A DNA stretch of 64,000 nt from IMG/VR virus record IMGVR_UViG_3300013232_000486, one strand, 5' to 3'. The notes beneath the pieces were generated by a model. That model did no database searches. It saw only the letters and a program-made list of their open reading frames with translations, and had not been told where the DNA came from. Position numbers and translations under genes: made by a program. Position 1 is the first letter of the stretch; each line of letters opens with the position of its first letter. Below are positions 8,651 to 18,168 of the stretch, piece by piece. Origin of the DNA: a virus (Duplodnaviria; Heunggongvirae; Uroviricota; Caudoviricetes).

Positions 8651-9043
8651 TCAAACTGCAATCATCCCGACAATGGCCTTAAGGACTATCGACTTCCCGA
8701 TGCTCAAGGCCAGGGCTTCAAGCTTGTCCCAAAACGCCTTTCTCTGGTCTGTATCTGCGGCAAGCTCAGCCGAGTTTTGGTTCATGTGGTCTATGATGTC
8801 ATCTGGATTCATGTCCTTAAGGAGCAACATGAACGCTTCCTCGTTCTTCTTTTCTGACATCAAATCAAGCATGTGTCTGAAGGTAGCTTGTCCTACCTTT
8901 CGGAGCATGACTTGATTCTCCACGCAGAACAAGGCGATCGGCTTTCCAACGGTAACGAGAACGGTCTGCCCATCAATCGAGGCGACGAATTTTCCTCCGT
9001 TTGCCTCAAGTTGCGTCACAAGATTATCGACCCAGTCGGCCAT
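8651..9043 (-). CDS. hypothetical protein
   Basis: 130-aa ORF. Confidence 0.4.
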   Translation of the reverse strand: MADWVDNLVTQLEANGGKFVASIDGQTVLVTVGKPIALFCVENQVMLRKVGQATFRHMLDLMSEKKNEEAFMLLLKDMNPDDIIDHMNQNSAELAADTDQRKAFWDKLEALALSIGKSIVLKAIVGMIAV

Positions 9044-9053
9044 GTGACACCTC

Positions 9054-9326
9054 CTACTTCACGTCTAGATTGATTGGGTTGTCCAAGGCCTTTACCTGAG
9101 CCTTGGTCGCGTCGGCTTTCTTGCGTCCTCGAAGCGCGGCGTCCATCTCGTACCAGGCTCTCGTCGAAGCCCGAATGAAGGACTTGTCTTGCTCAGGGGT
9201 TGTCTCGCCCTTGTCCATCTTCTGTTGGTAACGTTCTGACAAGGCGCTATTCTCTCGTGATTGCTTGGATGCCTCGCATCCAGTCAAGCACAATACAACG
9301 ATGATCCCGACAGATAGGATTCTCAC
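9054..9326 (-). CDS. small lipoprotein (lipobox LTGC)
   Basis: N-terminus MRILSVGIIVVLCLTGCEAS is a signal peptide with a lipobox; the mature domain is about 70 aa. Confidence 0.5.
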   Translation of the reverse strand: MRILSVGIIVVLCLTGCEASKQSRENSALSERYQQKMDKGETTPEQDKSFIRASTRAWYEMDAALRGRKKADATKAQVKALDNPINLDVK

Positions 9327-9832
9327 GGCTTTTCCTCCTTCTTTGGAAGCGGCTCGTCATGCTCGATCACGATGGCCATCAGTACGTTTCCACGCAAGTC
9401 TTGGACTACTTGCATGAACTTAACTTCGCCGAACAGAGACAGAAGCCTTTGTATTTCGACTTGTATGGTCTGGTACTGCCCGAACAATACCGAATGCCTT
9501 CGGCGTACCTCTATGTACGCTGGCTCTGGAGGCTTGACTGGTTCTGGAACAGGTACCTTCGGCCATGCGATCGGAACGGGATTAGTCGGAGAATTCTCGA
9601 TGGCGTCGGCGGCATACGTCTCGTCGTCATCGGTGACGGCTGCGATCACAGTTTTCTTGTCAACTGGAGCAGGGTCGCCAGAACGTTCCAGTTTCCCGCC
9701 CTTTTCTCCGATAAGACAGTCAGTAATGCCCATCTTGGCCAGAGAACGAACGGCCTCTTCCTTGCTATTTGCCGTGATGGTACCCCTTGACTGGCTACCA
9801 TCTGACTCTTTGTACTCGTAGACAAAGATCAT
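9323..9832 (-). CDS. hypothetical protein
   Basis: 169-aa ORF with a Pro/Val-rich linker. Confidence 0.45.
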   Translation of the reverse strand: MIFVYEYKESDGSQSRGTITANSKEEAVRSLAKMGITDCLIGEKGGKLERSGDPAPVDKKTVIAAVTDDDETYAADAIENSPTNPVPIAWPKVPVPEPVKPPEPAYIEVRRRHSVLFGQYQTIQVEIQRLLSLFGEVKFMQVVQDLRGNVLMAIVIEHDEPLPKKEEKP

Positions 9833-10068
9833 TTCGGCTTGCCCTTCTTAGGACCAGACTTCGGCTTCTCGGCCTTCGGGGCTGGCGGAGGCGCTGGCGG
9901 GGCAACGACAACCTCGCTGACCTCAAACGGGGACTTCTTCATTCCCCATTTTTCAAGCTGGACGAGAGCCCACTCGGTTGCCCGAGCATGATCTTGAGCA
10001 AAGATCTTCAGCTTCTTCGGCTCGCCGTCTTTTTTGATTTCCTTGAACGCGACTTCGAACTGCAACAT
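9829..10068 (-). CDS. small hypothetical protein
   Basis: Start trimmed to the internal ATG (MLQFEVAFKEIKK...) to limit overlap with the deaminase gene; Lys/Pro-rich tail. Confidence 0.3.
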   Translation of the reverse strand: MLQFEVAFKEIKKDGEPKKLKIFAQDHARATEWALVQLEKWGMKKSPFEVSEVVVAPPAPPPAPKAEKPKSGPKKGKPK

Positions 10069-10625
10069 GACTTTCCCTTTCCTGGAATGCTGATCTGTTC
10101 CCCACAGACTTGGTATAACCCGTGGAACAACTCCCCGTTCCAATGCCTCAGCTTGACTCCAGCCTCGCGGAGCATCTCGACGGATTCCTCGATCTCTCTG
10201 CGCCAGTCCTCCCTGCCCTTGAACTGACTTCCCATGGCCTCTTTGAACGAGTAGTAGTGTACAACCTCAATTATATCGTTCTGAATGATCCCTCGAGCGC
10301 AACTAGAGCAAGGAATCCAAGGCGTGTACATGATGCAACCTCTGACGCATGCCCTGGTTGCGCCAGCGTTATCTAGTGCGTTTCTCTCGGCATGACACGT
10401 CCAGAAGTACTTCTTCGGACGGGCATGACGCTCGGGAACGTCGTCTCTGATGTTCTTTGGAAACCCATCGTACCCCACTGAAACTATCCTGTGAGTTGGG
10501 GTCGTTATGACCGCCCCAACTCTGGTAGACTGATCTTTTGATTTCATGCCGACAAAGAACGCCAGCGTCATCAAGAACTGGTCCCACGACTTGAAAGATA
10601 CACTGCTAAGATCCAAATCGGACAC
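10008..10625 (-). CDS. dCMP deaminase (cytidine/deoxycytidylate deaminase family)
   Basis: CHAERNAL (zinc-binding H-A-E) and PCSSCA (PCxxC) are present; the overall layout matches ComEB/dCMP deaminase. Confidence 0.8.
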   Translation of the reverse strand: MSDLDLSSVSFKSWDQFLMTLAFFVGMKSKDQSTRVGAVITTPTHRIVSVGYDGFPKNIRDDVPERHARPKKYFWTCHAERNALDNAGATRACVRGCIMYTPWIPCSSCARGIIQNDIIEVVHYYSFKEAMGSQFKGREDWRREIEESVEMLREAGVKLRHWNGELFHGLYQVCGEQISIPGKGKSCCSSKSRSRKSKKTASRRS

Positions 10626-10906
10626 TATACTTCCCTCCGCAACTCACGAAGATGGTTGATCGCAGCATCAATCCCGTCCGCATATCCTTCTGCGAGTGCT
10701 TCTCTTATGCGCCCATGCTCCAACTCGACAAACTTTTCAAGGCTCGCGTTCGCCTCGTCAAGGAAGCGATTCCACATCGTCTCCTTGACGCGTTCCATCT
10801 TGTTCCTTGCGTCTTGACTGATGCTTGGGCCATCAATCAGAAAAGCCGTGTCCCAAGCACGATCAAAGCTGAATCTGACCGAGTCGACGCAATCTGTATC
10901 AAGCAT
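10625..10906 (-). CDS. hypothetical protein
   Basis: 93-aa ORF; an SD AGGGGG lies 8 nt upstream. Confidence 0.4.
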   Translation of the reverse strand: MLDTDCVDSVRFSFDRAWDTAFLIDGPSISQDARNKMERVKETMWNRFLDEANASLEKFVELEHGRIREALAEGYADGIDAAINHLRELRREV

Positions 10907-10977
10907 TAGTTAGCCCCCTTTGCACGGTTCTCATAATAGTGCCGCGAGGGGATAAAGCAAGCGAAAACTAAATTTTT

Positions 10978-12321
10978 CTACTCTATCGGGACGTCCGTAA
11001 ACGCTGGAAGCAAAACGTATTCTGGGACCGAGCCAGCCATGATCTTTGGCTTTCCACCAGAGGCGTCGATCACGAGCCTGTTCCCGTATGGAAGGCTCGC
11101 CTCGAACCACCTCTTCGGGGCGTATACCGAATCGTCTCCCTCAGCGAATCCGTCTACGAACTCACCATCAACGCCGAGATCTTCCATTGCCTTCTTGAAG
11201 GCATCTTCTTGGACTTCTGAGCCTATCGGTGGCGTATTCGCAAAGACCATGGAATGAAGGTCGACCGCGTCCATACCCAGCGAGAAAAGAGTTGAAGCGT
11301 GTTCCTTGGCCAGCCCAGCCAAAGAATACACTTCGGCTCCCTTCGGCATCTCAAACCCCTCGGGGGCTGGCATGAGCCTAACAAGTGCTTCTTGTAGGTC
11401 GAAGATCGTTCTGTCGCCGTCATCCCATTGGACTGCCACCTTGCCGTTGGCAATATCAATGACCTTGCCCAGCGCCCTAGGGTTGGATGCCGTTGGCTTC
11501 ATGGACACTTCTTCCCCAACGGAAATCCACATCGGCTCGTAGTCCCTCTCTGGCGGGGAATCCTTCTCCTCGCGCTCGAGATATGGCATCCTCAAGTAAA
11601 CCCTGGATCCATCCGCCTCGACTGGCAAAAGCCTCTTGACGGCGTTCAACGCGGCTCTGACCTCGGCCACCATTTTCTCGTCTGGAACAACGATGGACTT
11701 GATGTTGTCTGGAGATACTTTCCCCGTCAGCATGACGTGACAAGGGCCGTATATCTTGTAATCGTCCCTTATATGTTCCATCGCCTGCGACAGCCCACCA
11801 GAAAGCTCGTGAGGCCCAAGGGCCAGTATCGCGGACGAAGCTAGCGCCTCGTCTGCATGCTCCCAGTCATACAAGACTTCGGAAGGATTTGGCGCGTAAT
11901 CAAGCCTAGACGGGTTCCTAAGTCTTCCAGAATCCCCAGACACGACCACAGCCTCGTTCTCAATTCCAGCAAGAACGACGGAACAAGGGGCCAGATCCAT
12001 ATTTCCTTTGCGCGTCTTGGACAAGAAAGCGAAGGTGACTGGGCCAGTCGCTCCAGCCGCTCGCTCAATCTGCTCGCGCCTGTCGCTCTGTACTTGAACA
12101 AGCTTACCCGTAGAAATGAACTCGATGAGGGCCTCTGGATGCAAGTTCATCGCAACAACCTTGCTCTTCCCCAGCTCCTTCTTGACGCCCTCGTAAAACC
12201 CTCCAGCGACCTCCTCGTCAACATTAGCCAATGAGCAGACGTGAAGGATGGCTGCGGAGCGACCGAAGTCTTTGGCTACGCTGGAAGACTCCCTAACCTT
12301 ATGAAGGAAGGCATCATGCAT
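10978..12321 (-). CDS. hypothetical protein (447 aa)
   Basis: Long ORF with no motif I can assign. Confidence 0.5.
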   Translation of the reverse strand: MHDAFLHKVRESSSVAKDFGRSAAILHVCSLANVDEEVAGGFYEGVKKELGKSKVVAMNLHPEALIEFISTGKLVQVQSDRREQIERAAGATGPVTFAFLSKTRKGNMDLAPCSVVLAGIENEAVVVSGDSGRLRNPSRLDYAPNPSEVLYDWEHADEALASSAILALGPHELSGGLSQAMEHIRDDYKIYGPCHVMLTGKVSPDNIKSIVVPDEKMVAEVRAALNAVKRLLPVEADGSRVYLRMPYLEREEKDSPPERDYEPMWISVGEEVSMKPTASNPRALGKVIDIANGKVAVQWDDGDRTIFDLQEALVRLMPAPEGFEMPKGAEVYSLAGLAKEHASTLFSLGMDAVDLHSMVFANTPPIGSEVQEDAFKKAMEDLGVDGEFVDGFAEGDDSVYAPKRWFEASLPYGNRLVIDASGGKPKIMAGSVPEYVLLPAFTDVPIE

Positions 12322-12967
12322 TGGGCGTGACTCCAGCCTCGTTTTCCTTCAGCCATTCGGCGGGGACGAATATGGGGCTTGAGGATCCGTCAACCAGAAC
12401 CTCGTAGAAGGTACCTTTTTTGTTCTTCTGTACGCCGATGACCCAGGCAAGCTCTCCAAAGTCCATGCACGGACCTATGATTCTGACCCTATCGGAGCGC
12501 TCAAACTTGCTCTTCACGTTATTTTCCGACTTGGGCTTTGCATAAGAAACGATCCGACTAGCTTCCTCTTTCGTTAGGCCGCCATCGACAGCCCACTTCA
12601 CGATGCTCTCTTCCGAGGTAAACTTGGTCTTGGCCGCATCAGCCAGGATCTTGAAACCAGTCTCGCCATGATTCATCAGGATCGGGCGCAACTCTTCCAT
12701 CGGGTTCATAGACCTGATGGTCACCCGCTTGCTTCTTGGGAAATCGACTTCGGCAATCTTGTCTCCCATAGAGAATCGTACGACGGTCTTAGATCCCTTG
12801 GTCTTCTGCTGGTAATGGATCTCCCCAAGAGGCTCCATGTCGTCCTGACAGAAGACGGTAATTTGGCCAGCCACGCCAAGGCGCGGAGGGAAGTCGACCC
12901 AGATGTCGGGTCGACGCAGCGATTCCTTGGCTAGAACCAAGGCCTTTTTAAGCAACGGCCAGCGCAT
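12314..12967 (-). CDS. hypothetical protein
   Basis: 217-aa ORF. Confidence 0.45.
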   Translation of the reverse strand: MRWPLLKKALVLAKESLRRPDIWVDFPPRLGVAGQITVFCQDDMEPLGEIHYQQKTKGSKTVVRFSMGDKIAEVDFPRSKRVTIRSMNPMEELRPILMNHGETGFKILADAAKTKFTSEESIVKWAVDGGLTKEEASRIVSYAKPKSENNVKSKFERSDRVRIIGPCMDFGELAWVIGVQKNKKGTFYEVLVDGSSSPIFVPAEWLKENEAGVTPNA

Positions 12968-12969
12968 GG

Positions 12970-13536
12970 CTACCTCGTCCTGAGAATGCCGTAATATTCG
13001 GTAAGCTTTCTGGCTTCCTCTTCGGTGACGTTTGGAAGCTTCCTCTCCAAGCGCAACACCTCTATCTCAATCTCCTCGGTTGGCGGCTCGTAGGCCACGC
13101 CTTCGCTTCTATTGGCCTCAAACGTTTTGGCCCGCTCCACCACCTGAAGAGCTAGTTCCCTGCCCTTCACAAACTCGTGCATCGCCTCGTCTAATATACA
13201 TTCTACCACGTCGGCTTGCTTGCTCTTGATCTCGCTGATCTCTGGCAGCGGACGCATGTTCTGGTCGTAGATTCCCTCATCAGTAAGGTTCACCCTAACG
13301 ACCCCAGAATCGTCCTTGTACTTGATCTTGAGGAACACCTTGACGGCCTCGACGATCAGTCCCTTGCACATCATTCTTAGCTTGTACTTGATGACTTCTT
13401 CTGGAGTCTTGAGGTCCACCATGGATAAGCTTCTGACGTAATACGTGAAGTCGTCTAGGAATTCGTCGAACTTATCAAGGGCCTCAGGCCCCAACACCGA
13501 GCCGATAACTTGCTTCGCCTCTTTGATGTTCTTCAT
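12970..13536 (-). CDS. hypothetical protein
   Basis: 188-aa ORF. Confidence 0.45.
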   Translation of the reverse strand: MKNIKEAKQVIGSVLGPEALDKFDEFLDDFTYYVRSLSMVDLKTPEEVIKYKLRMMCKGLIVEAVKVFLKIKYKDDSGVVRVNLTDEGIYDQNMRPLPEISEIKSKQADVVECILDEAMHEFVKGRELALQVVERAKTFEANRSEGVAYEPPTEEIEIEVLRLERKLPNVTEEEARKLTEYYGILRTR

Positions 13537-14213
13537 GGCTTGAGCTCCGGGCTGCTTTCGATGACTTCCTTGAACTTCTGTAGCGCATCAACCAGAACTC
13601 TTCGTTTATCCTCAGACTCTGCGGTAGATATCATGTCTTTCCACACTTCAAGGAACTTGTTCTGGATTGCCTTAGCCTTGGCCTCCGAGTCTTCCATCTT
13701 GTTCAGAGAGTCAAGGCAGTCCCTCATGCTCTTAATACAAAGCATGAGCATCTGATTCCGTTCCTTCTCTTGCGAAAACAAGTGGCTTGTTTGCAGAGAA
13801 GAAATCCTGGCTATTTCCAGCCGACTTATGTTGACGAGAGTTTCCAGATCTTCTCTCCTGGAGCGCCTCTGGCCAACCATCTTTTCCAAGTTGTCGCAGT
13901 ACTCGACCAGCGAGAGCATCCTGTCTGCGGTCTTGTAATGCTCGACTATGTGGTTGCGTATGGTACTGATGTTCAGCGTAAGGCCCATCGAGTCAAGGAA
14001 TTCCTTGACCTTGGAAAAGCTGTTCTCTTTCTCGTAGATGGACTCGGCATCCTTGCGAAACGGGCTGTTGCAAATCTTGCATTTCGGCTTGTAAATCAGC
14101 CCATTGGAATCAAGCATCTCGCAAGTAAGAAGCTTGGCGAACGAGTCCTTCGCCACGGCGTCTGTCTTGACGATGTCGTTTGGCTTTGATGGGGTTGCTT
14201 CGTCGGCGCTCAT
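13533..14213 (-). CDS. hypothetical protein
   Basis: 226-aa ORF containing a CKICNSPF pair. Confidence 0.45.
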   Translation of the reverse strand: MSADEATPSKPNDIVKTDAVAKDSFAKLLTCEMLDSNGLIYKPKCKICNSPFRKDAESIYEKENSFSKVKEFLDSMGLTLNISTIRNHIVEHYKTADRMLSLVEYCDNLEKMVGQRRSRREDLETLVNISRLEIARISSLQTSHLFSQEKERNQMLMLCIKSMRDCLDSLNKMEDSEAKAKAIQNKFLEVWKDMISTAESEDKRRVLVDALQKFKEVIESSPELKP

Positions 14214-14479
14214 TTGTCAGAATTCCTCATTTCAAACATCACGAAATCAATCATTCTTCTGGCTTTGGGAGGGCTATCACGGAGCATGACGACGATCTGA
14301 GAGATCTTGTCTGCGAAGTATGGACTCAATTGAGTCTCTAGTTGCGTGGCGACGTACTTAAGAATCTCTTCGGCCTTGGCCCGCTCGGTCAGACAAAGCT
14401 CTCTAGCGTGCGTGAGGTCTCTAATTCTCTCAGCGAGATAAGACGGTGGGGGAGAGGCGAGGCGCGTAAACCATTTCAT
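14210..14479 (-). CDS. hypothetical protein
   Basis: 89-aa ORF with 4-nt overlaps on both sides. Confidence 0.35.
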   Translation of the reverse strand: MKWFTRLASPPPSYLAERIRDLTHARELCLTERAKAEEILKYVATQLETQLSPYFADKISQIVVMLRDSPPKARRMIDFVMFEMRNSDK

Positions 14480-14682
14480 TTACTTGTCCTAGCCGGGAAC
14501 AATTGCTGTATGACTTCTTCGACGACCTCGTTTTCATAATCTCCGGCGAACAACATTTCCTCGACTTGATCACGAGACATCCCTTCCTTGCGCAAAGTCT
14601 TGGCGAGCGTCGAGGCAGTAAGAACTTGCTTCTTGTGATACACTTGAAGGAAGTCCCGTACGGTTTGACCTAGCGCATCCAT
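14476..14682 (-). CDS. hypothetical protein
   Basis: 68-aa ORF. Confidence 0.3.
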   Translation of the reverse strand: MDALGQTVRDFLQVYHKKQVLTASTLAKTLRKEGMSRDQVEEMLFAGDYENEVVEEVIQQLFPARTSK

Positions 14683-14707
14683 GTTTGATTCCTAGTCCTA
14701 CCAATAC

Positions 14708-15133
14708 CTACGGCGTTGGAAGCCCCTCGTCCTTCTCCATTTCGACAACCATAGGCTCCTCATTTATCTCTTCGACCGCACCCTCTGGTAATTCCTCCAC
14801 CTCAGCTTGTTCGTTACAGAATAATTCGCCCAATACTTGGAACGGGTTAGAGGCGCCCGTCTGCTTCATGATTTCAAACAACTCAACCGCGCTGGCTTGT
14901 TCCAGCTTCTCAATGACCGATCCGACTTGCTGTAATTGTGACTCATCGATCGTCAGAAGCCATTCCTTGAGCAGCCTTGTGAGCGAAGCGCTTAGCTTTC
15001 CGTTTAGCTCGTCAACCGACGCTCCTTGTCCTCCACCCATACCACCCATTCCACATCCGCCACACTGAGAAACCTTCTTCATGTGGGCCATGAGGGACGC
15101 TTTGAAGTCTTTGGACTGGTCTACGTATTCCAT
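14708..15133 (-). CDS. hypothetical acidic protein with a Gly/Met-rich segment
   Basis: 141 aa containing CGGCGMGGMGGGQG. Confidence 0.4.
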   Translation of the reverse strand: MEYVDQSKDFKASLMAHMKKVSQCGGCGMGGMGGGQGASVDELNGKLSASLTRLLKEWLLTIDESQLQQVGSVIEKLEQASAVELFEIMKQTGASNPFQVLGELFCNEQAEVEELPEGAVEEINEEPMVVEMEKDEGLPTP

Positions 15134-15136
15134 TGT

Positions 15137-15622
15137 TTATAGCTCCGATTGGGCGCGGTCCTTGCCAGAGCTTGGCGGCAGCATGGCTCGTCCCAAGTGT
15201 CCGCTTGGGCTTTGACCACCCTCGTGCTCGATATATCCTAGGGCGGCTGGGAATGAGGTCACTTTGGCGTCAACTGAATAGGCGGTCTGTCCCGCAGTCG
15301 TAAGGACCACGTTGTAGTTCAAGTCCCCTCGATACCATGCGAACGAGTCGTACTGGACTATGATCGGCATGGTATTGGACAAATACGACTGGAAGAACGT
15401 CAGCGTGGCGTCTCCGCCCTTCTTGAATCCAAGACTCACGAGGAATGGAGTTGCGCTATTTGAAGTCAGGGTGAATCCCATCACGATCGGGGCTCTATCA
15501 GCGCCTATCGGAACAACAACCAGGTCAGTAATGATGCCAGTAGTCCCCGTCGCGGAATACTGGAGTCCCTCGTTCAAGAGGTCGATCTGATTCCTGATAA
15601 CCACTCTCTGGGCAAGTGACAT
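15137..15622 (-). CDS. hypothetical protein
   Basis: 161-aa ORF that appears beta-rich. Confidence 0.45.
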   Translation of the reverse strand: MSLAQRVVIRNQIDLLNEGLQYSATGTTGIITDLVVVPIGADRAPIVMGFTLTSNSATPFLVSLGFKKGGDATLTFFQSYLSNTMPIIVQYDSFAWYRGDLNYNVVLTTAGQTAYSVDAKVTSFPAALGYIEHEGGQSPSGHLGRAMLPPSSGKDRAQSEL

Positions 15623-15632
15623 GTTTATCTCC

Positions 15633-16166
15633 TCACACTGGCGTATACGGCGCCTTCACCACATATCCCTGCCAGCCCACGTCAACCAAATAACTAACCG
15701 CAAAAGCCGCCGCATCACATTCATGCTCTGGGCCAGCCTTGGCCAACCCGAAGGTGGCCACTATGTTGGCCTTTATGTGTTGCTTCTTTGCACGGCCATG
15801 TCCTGCTATGATCTTCTTGATATGGGCAGGAGATACCTCGTGAACCTTGATGCCATTATTGACGCAGCATAGCTTGACCACGCCCACGGTCTCGGAAAGG
15901 TTGTTCCTCACGAACTGTAGGCCACCGCCCATGGATCGTTCCACAACCAAGGCATTCGGCTTGAATTCCGTGATCAACGCCTGGGTCTGGTCGTAGATGT
16001 CCTTGAGACGGCTCATGTCCTCCTCGGGCTTCGGGTTCACGGCTGTGAACTTCTTGAGAAGAACCAGCTTTCCGTCCTTAATCGAAACAACAGACCATCC
16101 GCAGTTCTTGTACGAACTCGGATCCAGTCCAATGACTATCACGCCTTCAAGACTCGTCGGCTCCAT
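15633..16166 (-). CDS. ruvC: RuvC-like Holliday junction resolvase
   Basis: VIGLDPSS...GWSVV (first Asp), ALVVERS (Glu), SPAHIKKIIAGHGRAKKQHIK, and EHECDAAAFAVSY (His/Asp); collinear with E. coli RuvC. Confidence 0.85.
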   Translation of the reverse strand: MEPTSLEGVIVIGLDPSSYKNCGWSVVSIKDGKLVLLKKFTAVNPKPEEDMSRLKDIYDQTQALITEFKPNALVVERSMGGGLQFVRNNLSETVGVVKLCCVNNGIKVHEVSPAHIKKIIAGHGRAKKQHIKANIVATFGLAKAGPEHECDAAAFAVSYLVDVGWQGYVVKAPYTPV

Positions 16167-16806
16167 TCAAAAACTCCCTAATCCATTGCCAAGTTCCAAC
16201 CGTATCCTCCCCTTGGAGGTTGGACACGATGAAACCATTATCAGTCCCCGTCCCATAGGGGCTGAAAATCACGACAGGTACGCTCGGCCACTGTTTGGCC
16301 ACTGACATGACCGACTCGATGACTTCCTCGGCGATCACCTTTGCCACTTCTTGGTCGAGGTGAGCCACGCTGGCAGGAGAATGCTCCACGTAAAAGAGCG
16401 TGTCCCAGTCCATGTTGTCTGCCACATGCTTGAATAGCCTGCCCCGCTTTCTGGCAAACTTGACGGCCATCTGGATGGAATACGGGTTCAATACCTCGGC
16501 TGGATATGGACGCCACTTGTCATAGGTTCCGCAGACCTTGGAAAGACATTCTCCTAACTCTTCTGGACAGAACAATTCGTCCTTGGGCTTTCCGGGACCA
16601 GCAATTCCTCTGGCTCCGTGTTCTGACAATGAAAAATGCGGGATATTTATGCCCCAAAGCTTCTTTGGACATATGTCACCAAGCTCGGACTTGAAGCAGT
16701 CCAGCGACCTTACGGTTGGCTCAAATTCCGCTGGAACCCATCCCAGTTCTGGAAAGTTGGCTATTGAGATGGATGGGATGGCTACAACGATCTTGGATGA
16801 TCTCAT
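16147..16806 (-). CDS. hypothetical protein
   Basis: 219-aa ORF. Confidence 0.45.
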   Translation of the reverse strand: MRSSKIVVAIPSISIANFPELGWVPAEFEPTVRSLDCFKSELGDICPKKLWGINIPHFSLSEHGARGIAGPGKPKDELFCPEELGECLSKVCGTYDKWRPYPAEVLNPYSIQMAVKFARKRGRLFKHVADNMDWDTLFYVEHSPASVAHLDQEVAKVIAEEVIESVMSVAKQWPSVPVVIFSPYGTGTDNGFIVSNLQGEDTVGTWQWIREFLNGADES

Positions 16807-16808
16807 GG

Positions 16809-17762
16809 CTAACCTTTCGGAGTCACGAGGCTCTTAGCTATGCCATTTGCCAGTATGGACGTGCTGTACCCAGGAAGCATGTCTACGACTTCGATCACTC
16901 CTCCCATGGCCTTCACTGCCTGGGCCTCTGGTCCACTGTCTCCATTTTCAGTGGTCTTTATGTATACGTCTGGGCTAACAGCCTTCGCCGATGCCACGCA
17001 TGTAACCTCTGGATTTCTGATTACGTAATCAACGTACCTCACGCTTGCAACCGTGTGCATCCTTGCCGTCTCGTCTACGAATGGCCTGAGAGATCCCTTG
17101 ATCTGTTTGATTGAGCTGTCCGAATTGACCGCGACGAACAAGACGTCGCATCTCAGCTTCGCTTGAAGAAGCATCTCAAGGTGACCAAGGTGAAGGAGAT
17201 CAAAACATCCGTTGCAGAATCCAATTTTTCTCTTAGTCGCTCGTACGGCCAGCGCCACCGAAGCGGCTTCCTCTACCTCTAAAAGCCTCTTTGGACTATC
17301 CTTGACATAGGCCGAGAGGAGGCCACGAAAATCCTCTGGAGACAAGCGAGTTCCCTCATCAGCCGTTTCTTGCTCGTACAACCAACCACATGGAGGGATC
17401 TCCTTGTAGCCCTCAAGGCTGCGATGAGCGGTGGCTTGCCCGTCTTCTTGAACGACTGGAATATGCACGCTTGACGACTCGTAAAGTATCGTGTCACGCA
17501 ACGCGGTAAACCGATGCCACATCCCAGCGGGAATCTGGATCGACGAGTTGGCCTCCAGCCATATTCCCGTCATAGCCTCCTTGAGCATGCCGCTCTCAAA
17601 CCAGATTAGCCCCTCTGTAGAGACGATGAGGTTTTCAGACTTCTTCTTGTGTCTGTGCGTTTCTGACCTGAACTGTTCTTTGACGAGGATTCGCTTCGCC
17701 GCGCTCAACTCGGAAACGAATTCTGAAGATTCTTCAAAGCCCCATATTTTAGGTACGATCAT
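16809..17762 (-). CDS. cupin-domain sugar isomerase/epimerase fused to an RfaE domain II-like sugar-phosphate adenylyltransferase/cytidylyltransferase
   Basis: N-terminus KIWGFE...IPAGMWHRF is cupin-like. C-terminus IGFCNGCFDLLHLGHLEMLLQAKLRCDVLFVAVNSDSSIKQIKGSLRPF...RYVDYVI matches the GxFDxxHxGH nucleotidyltransferase motif and HldE/RfaE-II. Confidence 0.7.
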   Translation of the reverse strand: MIVPKIWGFEESSEFVSELSAAKRILVKEQFRSETHRHKKKSENLIVSTEGLIWFESGMLKEAMTGIWLEANSSIQIPAGMWHRFTALRDTILYESSSVHIPVVQEDGQATAHRSLEGYKEIPPCGWLYEQETADEGTRLSPEDFRGLLSAYVKDSPKRLLEVEEAASVALAVRATKRKIGFCNGCFDLLHLGHLEMLLQAKLRCDVLFVAVNSDSSIKQIKGSLRPFVDETARMHTVASVRYVDYVIRNPEVTCVASAKAVSPDVYIKTTENGDSGPEAQAVKAMGGVIEVVDMLPGYSTSILANGIAKSLVTPKG

Positions 17763-17801
17763 GGACGTATCTCCTCTTCCTAGAGGATGATACGCTTTGG
17801 A

Positions 17802-18023
17802 CTAGTAGGTATCGAATATATTGGGAATGGCGTCTTCGGTCTGTGGTTCTGGCATTCGACAGAACAAGCGATCAATGCCCTTGTGTTGAGACGAGTAAAT
17901 ATCCCCGCCTTGTTCCCTCACCCATTTTGCAACAATATCTGGGGTCAGCCCAGTCTCTTCGCAAACCGACATCAAGCCCCTTATCAAACTATCAGAGAAG
18001 CATTCTTCAAGGGTCATCCGCAC
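17802..18023 (-). CDS. small hypothetical protein
   Basis: 73-aa ORF. Confidence 0.3.
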   Translation of the reverse strand: MRMTLEECFSDSLIRGLMSVCEETGLTPDIVAKWVREQGGDIYSSQHKGIDRLFCRMPEPQTEDAIPNIFDTY

Positions 18024-18168
18024 ATCCTCTCGCCCTTCAGAAACTTCGTCCTTGATCCTTGCTGGATCTTGGCGGAGATTCGATCTCCGCCAAGATCCCT
18101 TGCCAAGTCAAGCAAACGGACGTCGTCTGGAAACAAGATGCTCCCGTCTGGAAGGAACTCAATCTCGA

